From assembly GCA_023231475.1 (NCBI GenBank), contig JALJEE010002960.1, positions 1-61,577 of the forward strand: a DNA stretch of 61,577 nt, given 5' to 3'. This stretch comes from Seison nebaliae. Lineage: Eukaryota. The stretch's first letter is position 1, and every line of letters begins with the position of its first letter. Made by a program: the position numbers and the translations under genes. The notes below the pieces were generated by a model. The model was not told the origin of the DNA, made no database searches, and worked only from the letters and a program-made list of their open reading frames with translations. Shown here in pieces: positions 51,034-58,760 of the stretch.

Positions 51034-52848
51034 ATGGATGATGATGAATTAAACGGTGAATTGCATTTGGAAGTTATTCATAAGAAGGAGGAACCATTTC
51101 AATTGAGTTTTTTCTATGGAAATCGGGTGGTTGAAATAATTCATGGAATTCTTTATCTTTCACCCGTCGTCAACACTTACCAAGTGTGTGCGATGAATGT
51201 GCCTTCAACTATCGCTATTTGTGACATTTGGCATATAGTTTCGTGTCATTCAGATATCATGCTCAATTTTCAGATAATTCGAACGGAAGAATCGAATTGT
51301 TATCTCATTATCTTCTCCTTCATTAATAAAGAGAAAGCGGAATATTTTGTCGATTATTTGGAGGGGAAAACATATACAGATTTTGAACAACGTATCTGGT
51401 CATTTTATGGAATCGATAAAATCGAAGTTGGTCATGTCACTAGTGATAAACCGACGAATTGTAGTATCTGTTTGGAGTCTTTAGATTATCATCATTTCGA
51501 AGATATCGTCAGTCAATTAAAGCGAACGAGTATTTCCTCCATGTCATTATCAAACGACGAAAATAAACTTCGAATTATGTCAATTTCATCATTATCAAAC
51601 AAATCACCATCAACCACTGCCATCGTACCATCAATAACATCAGAAGTTGCCACACCAGAAATTAAAATAGTTTCCGAACAAATGAATGAAAATGAAGAGA
51701 AACAAACTAAATTTATCACTTCAACAACAATTCTCTGTAATCATACTTTCCATAGTCATTGTTTGACTAAATGGCAAGATTTTTCTTGTCCCGTTTGTCG
51801 ATATCATCAAGTTCCAGAATGGACGGATACGAATCGTTGTGTCAGTTGTGGATTAACGAGTGATTTATGGATTTGTTTAATTTGTGGACATATCGGTTGT
51901 AGTCGATATCAATACGGTCATTCAATTCAACATTTCTTCCGTACACAACATACATATGTTCTCCAAATCGGCGACTCGTTCAATCGAGTTTGGGATTATG
52001 CAGGCGATAATTATGTTCATCGATTAATTCGAAATAATGTCGATGGGAAAATTATCGAAGTTACAGACGAATCTAGAGAACAATTAACTTCGGCTAGACG
52101 TCGATGTCTTTCACAACCACCTCATCCAAATATTATGAGAGATGCCGGAATTTGTCGAACAACAACAAATTCTGAATTCTCAACAACAACTCCCATGTCT
52201 CATAAACATAATGGTCGAACAGATCAATTGATGCAATTCAACACCTCCAACATCGGAAATACAAATACGAATTCATTGAACAACATTTATGAGACGAAGA
52301 AATTAGACGAATTAGCATTAGAATATACTTTCATGTTCACTAACGAAATGGAGAAACAACGTGACTATTTTAACGACGAATTGAAAAGTTATCGTCGATT
52401 AGTGAAAGATCAATTAATATTGCACGACGACATTCTCAAAGAAAACATCAAAATTAAGAATGAGAAACAAGTGACGATTGATGATCAGAAGAATAAAATT
52501 CGTATCATCAATCAACAATTGGAAGAGAAAGATAAAAAGATAAAAAAAATTACAGATCAATTAAAAGATCTGAAATTCTTAAAAGATCAACAACAGAAAG
52601 CAACAGAAAAATTTAATAAACAAATTCAATCAGAACGAAAAAAATCAGAGGAAGAAATTCTATTCCTCAAGAATAAAATGAGAGATTTGGAGGAAACAGT
52701 TCGAGATTTGACATTTTTCGTTGAGTCACGTGACAAATTACAACAAATCGATCAAGAAGAATTGAAGGAGAGTCACGTGATTGTCGCTGAACCCAAAGTT
52801 CCACTCTCAAGTGCCTCGTTAAGAAAGAATAGAAATAAAAAACGTTAA
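51034..52848 (+). CDS. BRAP: BRCA1-associated protein (BRAP2/IMP) E3 ligase, intronless
   Basis: BRAP2 RRM-like domain, RING-H2 (CSIC...CNHTFHSHCLTKWQDFSCPVCR), ZnF-UBP (LWICLICGHIGCSRY..VWDYAGDNYVHRL), coiled coil ending VRDLTFFVE. Confidence 0.93.
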   Translation: MDDDELNGELHLEVIHKKEEPFQLSFFYGNRVVEIIHGILYLSPVVNTYQVCAMNVPSTIAICDIWHIVSCHSDIMLNFQIIRTEESNCYLIIFSFINKEKAEYFVDYLEGKTYTDFEQRIWSFYGIDKIEVGHVTSDKPTNCSICLESLDYHHFEDIVSQLKRTSISSMSLSNDENKLRIMSISSLSNKSPSTTAIVPSITSEVATPEIKIVSEQMNENEEKQTKFITSTTILCNHTFHSHCLTKWQDFSCPVCRYHQVPEWTDTNRCVSCGLTSDLWICLICGHIGCSRYQYGHSIQHFFRTQHTYVLQIGDSFNRVWDYAGDNYVHRLIRNNVDGKIIEVTDESREQLTSARRRCLSQPPHPNIMRDAGICRTTTNSEFSTTTPMSHKHNGRTDQLMQFNTSNIGNTNTNSLNNIYETKKLDELALEYTFMFTNEMEKQRDYFNDELKSYRRLVKDQLILHDDILKENIKIKNEKQVTIDDQKNKIRIINQQLEEKDKKIKKITDQLKDLKFLKDQQQKATEKFNKQIQSERKKSEEEILFLKNKMRDLEETVRDLTFFVESRDKLQQIDQEELKESHVIVAEPKVPLSSASLRKNRNKKR

Positions 52849-52864
52849 ACGTTTCTCTTGAAAT

Positions 52865-52945
52865 TGTAAATAAAGTTTATTCGTAAAAAATGAAAGTGAT
52901 GAAACAACTTTCATCAAATTTCCTCCATTTTTCAGTCATTTACAG
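52865..52945 (-). promoter_or_regulatory. Candidate type-2 SECIS element
   Basis: Minus strand: UGUAA-AUGAC-UGAAAAAUGGAGG-AAA-UU-UGAUGAAA-GUUG-UUUCAUCA-CUUUCAUUUUUUA-CGAA-...UUACA. UGAC/CGAA core, 13-bp helix II (3 G-U pairs), unpaired AAA, perfect 8-bp apical stem. Confidence 0.6.
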
Positions 52946-52975
52946 AAATTATGATGAAATATGTAAAACTAATTC

Positions 52976-53224
52976 TTAATATTCGTCATAATTCTTCTGA
53001 ACGATATTTGATTGAAAATCATCGTCGATATGATTATTATTCTTCGATTCATCAGTGACCGTGGATTTTTGATGTTTCTTCGCTTGCTTCCTCTTGTTCG
53101 GTCGAACGATCTTACATTCGTCTCCAGTGCAACATTTCTCTAATTTCGGTTCGCCTTTTCCGGAGCATGCAGCTTGAATTTTCCTCGACACATAAACGAC
53201 GGCGTTCACTATTAGTCAGACCAT
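52976..53224 (-). CDS. Candidate 82-aa selenoprotein (in-frame TGA at codon 3)
   Basis: AAAATT-ATG-GTC-TGA-CTA-ATA-GTG... open to TAA at 52976, giving MV(U)LIVNAVVYVSRKIQAACSGKGEPKLEKCCTGDECK.... GTT-CAG intron upstream (53243-53305). SECIS-like hairpin about 35 nt after the stop. Confidence 0.55.
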
Positions 53225-53516
53225 AATTTTTTTCAGAATTGACTGTATAGGCAAAAATTGAATAAACAAAAGAAAAAATACAAGAATGAGAAAAGGATAA
53301 TTAACTATTAAGAAATCTGAATAACAAGTAAATATTATTTATCATATTTACAAACATTAATTTAATTTTAATTTACAAATTCGAATTTTTTTGAATTTTA
53401 AGTTTAAGTTGGAAATTCTTTCGAAAAAAATGAAAATAAAAAAAAAATGATTTAAAATTAGAATTTAATAAATACAATTTATTTTATCGAAACAAATAAA
53501 AGAAAAAGTATATAAA

Positions 53517-53903
53517 TTACTCTTCGAATAAATCGAATCCCATATCTTCATCTGATTCATCTTCAGATTCTTCTTTCTTCTCCTCTTTCTCTTCGGCTAC
53601 CGCTGCACCGCCAGCATCTCCACCAGCAGCAGCTTGTCCTCCGCCAGTTGAAACAGGGGCAGCAGTGACACTGGTCAATAACGATTTGACATCAACACCG
53701 TCGAGCGCAGAAGCGAAAAGTGAGACCCAAAATGCTTCGGTTTTACTTCCAGCAGCAGATAGAACGGTTTGTAAACCTTCTTTCTACAAAATGAAAAAGA
53801 GTTGAAAAATTAAGAGAAGGAAACTATAAACCGTTACTGGAGCGCCACATCCGGCAAGTATTAATGATGCATAAACGCACGACAATTCTTCGTTAGATGC
53901 CAT
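53517..53903 (-). CDS. RPLP1: 60S acidic ribosomal protein P1 (conserved copy), 2 exons; absent from the ORF track
   Basis: MASNEELSCVYASLILAGCGAPVT|KEGLQTVLSAAGSKTEAFWVSLFASAL...Ala/Gly hinge...EESEDESDEDMGFDLFEE*. Intron 53784-53831. Confidence 0.92.
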
Positions 53904-54156
53904 TTCTTAAATGAAAGATACAAGTCGATAAAAACTTCCTTAGCTCCAAAGAGAACAAGTATCCTGTTGTTGTTAAGTGAAATGCTCACGTTTTAATTCG
54001 AATGAGAAGCGAATGCTTTCGATAAGTTTAGGATATAGAAATATGTTTGTTTCCAAGTTATAATTCAAAAATTTAAGCTTTCATCTACTGGCAATGTAGA
54101 AAATTAACATAATTTATTTCAACTTTAATAAATTGAAATACTTATTATTTTTCTTC

Positions 54157-54542
54157 TTAAACTTCCTCAAATATGTTGAACATTACATCTTCATCACTGT
54201 CATCGATATCGCTTCCTTGATCTAATACGGTTTCTTCTTTTGCATCAACTTCAGTTTTCTTTTTCTCAGTTGGTGAATTTTGTGGGATTGGATTCATTTG
54301 AACTGAAGTTATCAGCGACTTGATATCGATATGTCCCAATGCTTCGACATACGCATTGATATAGAACTGTTCAACTTCATGGCCAGATGCTGTTAAGACG
54401 GATTTTAGTCCTTCTGCCTTTTAACAAAGTAAAGAAATTTAATTTTAGAAACATATTCAAATGATTGAACTGTTACTGGTAAATCACATCCGGTGAGAAC
54501 CATTGCGGCGTAGATATAACTCAATTCCTCGTTATTCACCAT
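54157..54542 (-). CDS. Divergent tandem paralogue of ribosomal protein P1, 2 exons
   Basis: MVNNEELSYIYAAMVLTGCDLPVT|AEGLKSVLTASGHEVEQFYINAYVEAL...SDEDVMFNIFEEV*. Same intron position as the adjacent RPLP1. Confidence 0.85.
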
Positions 54543-54750
54543 TTGTTCTTACAACTAATATTCCAACAACTTTTATAATATCTCCGTGTGGCATAAGAAA
54601 ATTTATTTCACAAATATTCTTTTGAATTTCGTAATATCCATCACCATCACGTTAACAATGCCAAAATTAACAATAAATATTCATAATTTTGATCAAGACG
54701 ATAGCTCATTATTATTGGTCAATCTCTAATTTATAATAATATTGAGCTTA

Positions 54751-54764
54751 GTTACCATGGTAAT
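54751..54764. promoter_or_regulatory. X-box (RFX site) between the divergent P1 paralogue and PSMB2
   Basis: Near-palindromic GTTACCATGGTAAT, about 210 bp from the P1-paralogue ATG and about 430 bp from the PSMB2 ATG. Confidence 0.55.
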
Positions 54765-55193
54765 GTATAGTTATTATTTCTATTATTAATAAGATTTAAG
54801 TGACATAATTAGTGATATATAATTTATGTTTCATTTAGTAACTTCTTAAACTGCCAACAACTTTCTTATTTTCCCAAGGAAAATGTAAATCGTTAAGATG
54901 ACGTAGTCTAAACATCACTTAATCAATAAAAACAATAAGCTTGTTATAAATCATCAGCCAGATTCATCTATTATCTATTTTTAAAATAATCATCCAAATC
55001 ATTTACTGACACGGAAAGATCGTGAAAGTGAAAAAAGATAATATCAGCTAAACATTTAACTTATGCAATTTATTCATTCTTCTCTCAGACCAGTCGATGA
55101 AGTTGGGAGACAAAGTGAAATCTCATGAAATTTAAAAAAAGGAAATAAATTATTTGTCATAAAAAATTCGTTGAGTTTCATTAAAAATTTGCA

Positions 55194-55826
55194 ATGGAAT
55201 GTCTTATTGGATTGACGGGACGTGATTTTGTGATTATCGCAGCTGATGCAATGTCCGCAAGATCTGTCGTGGTTATGAAAAAGAATTTGAGTAAAATGTT
55301 GAGAGTGTCAGATAAACTCGTTCTGGCGACAAGCGGAGAAGCTGGAGACTCATTCCAATTTGCCGAATATATCGCTAAAAATATCGCGCTCTATCGAATG
55401 AGGACGGAACAGGAATTGTCACCATCAGCCGCTGCAAATTTCACCAGGAGACAAATAGCAAATTATTTACGATCACGATCTCCCTACGCGGTCAACATGT
55501 TGATCGGTGGAATAAATGATGAGGGAGAAGGTGAATTGTATTTTCTCGATTATCTCGGATCGATGGTTAAAACTAATTTCGCAATGCATGGATATGGAGC
55601 ATTTTTTGGTTTGTCGATTTTCGATCGATTCTATCGTCCTGATATGACAATCGATGAAGCGATGAATCTTTTAAGTAAAGTCATTTGTGAAGTGCAGAAA
55701 CGATTGATAATCCAATTATCCGACTTTCAATTCTCTTTATTGTCAAAAAAAGATGGTGTTGTCGAATTGAATAAACCATTAGCCATTGAAGAACAAGCGA
55801 AGGAAGATGTGAAAATGGAATCTTAA
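55194..55826 (+). CDS. PSMB2: Proteasome subunit beta type-2, intronless
   Basis: MECLIGLTGRDFVIIAAD..GEAGDSFQFAEYIAKNIALYRMR..AAANFTRR..HGYGAFF. Confidence 0.95.
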   Translation: MECLIGLTGRDFVIIAADAMSARSVVVMKKNLSKMLRVSDKLVLATSGEAGDSFQFAEYIAKNIALYRMRTEQELSPSAAANFTRRQIANYLRSRSPYAVNMLIGGINDEGEGELYFLDYLGSMVKTNFAMHGYGAFFGLSIFDRFYRPDMTIDEAMNLLSKVICEVQKRLIIQLSDFQFSLLSKKDGVVELNKPLAIEEQAKEDVKMES

Positions 55827-56027
55827 AATTATTAATAAAAAATTTAAATTAACAAAATAAATTTATGGAGAATTCTATTTTAATTTTTAATGAAAATTTA
55901 ATTTTTTCTGAAAATTTAACAGAATTTTTTTTTTCAAAAATTGACCGAAATTGATTTGAAAATTTACAGAATTGTTTTTTAAAGATTTTACTCATAATTT
56001 TTTTGGAAGATTTACTCAAATTTTTCA

Positions 56028-57128
56028 ATGTCGAATTTAAGAGGCAAAGCAACAAAAGAACAACTGGAACTTTCATCGACGGTGAAGGAACATCATGAAA
56101 TGAGGAAGAAAAAATTGGTGGATATTCCCAAATCGGAAATATTCGATCAATGGAAATCAATAAAGGAAGAAGAGAATTTAACGGAATACTCGATGGCGAT
56201 GAATGATTTGTCGAAAAAGTATTGGAATAAGAATATAGATAATTCACAAAATCGGAATTTTATAATTATGAATTTCATCCAAAATTTTCTATTTGAAAAA
56301 AATTATTTGAAATTTATTCGTCGATTTTTTCGAAGAAATGAGATGGAAATCGATTTTGATGTAGTCGATATCGATCATTTGTTTCTCTTGGATATCGGCA
56401 GTTGTAATAATCCACTTCAGGAAATTAATCGATGGGACAATTTGCATATTCTTCCTATTGATATGGCACCTATAGATGATGTGTATAAATGTGATTTTTT
56501 GACGGTTAAATTATCGTCCGATTTCCATCATATTCGATTCTCTGATGGAAATAATCTGCGAACAATTGTTATGAATGAAGCTTTATCGTGTAAAGCAGAG
56601 ATGATGGAGAATGAAAAGAATTCACAGAAATTATCATTAAATGGAAAAAGGAGAATAATTTCTGAAAAACGATCAAAGAAACGAAGAATTGAGAAAGAAA
56701 TCGTCAGTATTCGTTCTCGTTCATTTCATGTGATTATCATGTCATTATTTTTGGATTGTTTACCGAGAAAAGAATTCCGATTAATTGCAGTTATGAAAGC
56801 ACAACGAATGTTGGTGAGTGGAGGAGTGTTGGTGGTGGTATTTCCAGATTCGAGTAGAAATCCCAATAAGAATCAGAAGGAATATAATCGATGGATTTCA
56901 GCATTTGAGACGTTATGTCTTCAACGAATCCGTATGGAAAAATCGGACAATAATATTTTCATATATTTTATGAAAATATCAAACAAATTGAGAGAATTGA
57001 GATTATTTGAATTGAGTGAAATTGATCAATTATCGTCATTTGAACCATTCTCGTCGAATGATGATGAAATGTTGAGAGATTTTGAACTACTTCAAAAATT
57101 CCATCTTCATTTAGATAATTCTATTTAA
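56028..57128 (+). CDS. SAMTOR: SAM sensor upstream of mTORC1 (SAMTOR/BMT2 family), intronless
   Basis: LSSTVKEHH..EYSMAMNDLSKKYW..LLDIGSCNNP..IDMAP..VYKCDFL..SFHVIIMSLFLDCLP. Confidence 0.85.
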   Translation: MSNLRGKATKEQLELSSTVKEHHEMRKKKLVDIPKSEIFDQWKSIKEEENLTEYSMAMNDLSKKYWNKNIDNSQNRNFIIMNFIQNFLFEKNYLKFIRRFFRRNEMEIDFDVVDIDHLFLLDIGSCNNPLQEINRWDNLHILPIDMAPIDDVYKCDFLTVKLSSDFHHIRFSDGNNLRTIVMNEALSCKAEMMENEKNSQKLSLNGKRRIISEKRSKKRRIEKEIVSIRSRSFHVIIMSLFLDCLPRKEFRLIAVMKAQRMLVSGGVLVVVFPDSSRNPNKNQKEYNRWISAFETLCLQRIRMEKSDNNIFIYFMKISNKLRELRLFELSEIDQLSSFEPFSSNDDEMLRDFELLQKFHLHLDNSI

Positions 57129-57144
57129 TTTTCTCTATCAGATA

Positions 57145-58122
57145 ATGTTCCGTTACTCGTTGGGGAAATTACGTCCGCAGATTTTGTTAATGAAAAAGAA
57201 ATTGATAGATCCGATATCGAAGGAGATGTTGAATGCGAATCAAAAAATAATTCCTACTCTTTATTTCAGTAGAAAAGAAACGAGTAAAATACATCAAGAG
57301 AAATTGAAGAAATCTCTCAAACATCTACTGGATAATAATCATTTGAATGAAGCTATTTATCTTCTCGTTCATGTTGGTGGTAATTATAAGAATATCATTC
57401 AACCATATCATTATCGTATCGTCATGTCAGCATTGGGACGATATGGTCGTTTAGATCAAGTTCTCACATTATTCAACGACTCGAAAAATCGAAATTATGT
57501 TTTGGAAAAAATGACAAAATTAGATCAAAAAAAAATGTTCGTAACGATTGCAAATACGATAAGAGTCGCCGCCTTTAATTTGACGATCGAAAGGAAAGAC
57601 GACAGAATTAACGGAGATGAATTTAAACGAGAATTCCTTACCATTTTTTATGGTATGAGAAAATTGATGAATTTAGTTGAGAGACATTTAGATCGAAATG
57701 AATTGAATGATAATCAAATTCTTCGATTTGCTTTAGCCGACGCCATGGCCAAATGTGGGGATTATGATAATACTCTGAAATATTTGAGTCCGTTGGCTGA
57801 GAAGAACTCGGAGAGATTGAGATCATTTTCCATTTTATTTCATTCGTTATTGAATCAAATTCAACTAAATCGTCTCGATTTGTATAATGGAGAATTAACG
57901 ATAGAAATAACAATAAATCAATTCTATCAAATTTTTCAAGAATTCCAACAATTCATTAAAGATGCACAAATTAGAATTGATGGAACATCTGGCAAATATG
58001 AACGACAAATTCAATTAATTCAACGTCAGTATCAAATATTTAATTCATTAAAAATCAATCCGAATATTCCCTTTAAACAATCCATATCTGATGGGAATAT
58101 TCCTGTAAATTTATTAGAATAA
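57145..58122 (+). CDS. Pentatricopeptide-repeat protein, probably mitochondrial (PTCD-like)
   Basis: Basic presequence-like N-terminus. PPR-like helices YRIVMSALGRYGRLDQVLTLFNDSKNR and FALADAMAKCGDYDNTLKYL. Confidence 0.55.
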   Translation: MFRYSLGKLRPQILLMKKKLIDPISKEMLNANQKIIPTLYFSRKETSKIHQEKLKKSLKHLLDNNHLNEAIYLLVHVGGNYKNIIQPYHYRIVMSALGRYGRLDQVLTLFNDSKNRNYVLEKMTKLDQKKMFVTIANTIRVAAFNLTIERKDDRINGDEFKREFLTIFYGMRKLMNLVERHLDRNELNDNQILRFALADAMAKCGDYDNTLKYLSPLAEKNSERLRSFSILFHSLLNQIQLNRLDLYNGELTIEITINQFYQIFQEFQQFIKDAQIRIDGTSGKYERQIQLIQRQYQIFNSLKINPNIPFKQSISDGNIPVNLLE

Positions 58123-58347
58123 AATATTGTTGAGAAATTTAATTATTTTTAAGTTCTTATTCACACAATATATGTAGTTAAGGCACAATATATAGCACAA
58201 TAGTTAAAATTTCAAAAAAAAAAGAGAAAAAATTGACTGTGTTAAATTAAAATTTGTTTATTGAAAAAAAAAGGTCGAGAAGTAAAATGTATTTTGAAAA
58301 TATCGATATACAGATTAATATCGTATTATGATTATTTTGTCAGTATT

Positions 58348-58760
58348 TTAAACGTAGAATTTAAGAACCAAAATTCCCCCAATCACCGAAAGGATAAGAC
58401 TCATCATATTTATTTGTACATTACCTGCACTATTACAATTGTCGGTATCACAGCAATAAACACCAGATACTGATTCATCACAAACGTCTGCACAACTCCT
58501 CGTTGGAATATTACTTAACACTGCTTTCTGTTTCAATAAAAAATCAAGAAGATAAATTAAATGGTAAAGAATGATAACCATGCAAAATTCCTTATTACAA
58601 GGCGTTTTCACTTTGAGTAGTCCAATTCCGGTATAACAACTCGTGAGAGCTGATAGAATAAAATAAAATTATTGACCCATTATGAAAACGTTAAATATTA
58701 ACCATAAGCCTGTGGCACAACGATTGCCACGATTACTAATGAACAAAAAAGTTTCAACAT
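58348..58760 (-). CDS. Small GPI-anchored Ly6/CD59-like three-finger protein, 3 exons
   Basis: Signal MLKLFCSLVIVAIVVPQAYA; LTSCYTG..PCNKEFCM|KA..RSCADVC..YCCDTDNCN plus hydrophobic tail. Two GTT-CAG introns. Confidence 0.8.

Noticed and set aside
53048..53357. Alternative 60-aa spliced ORF (MFVNMINNIYLLF...HWRRM) over the selenoprotein candidate
   Set aside because: Not preferred: its first exon is intergenic-like AT-rich sequence, it leaves the coding-like 3' part and the SECIS-like hairpin unexplained, and it has no recognisable motif. Not formally excluded.
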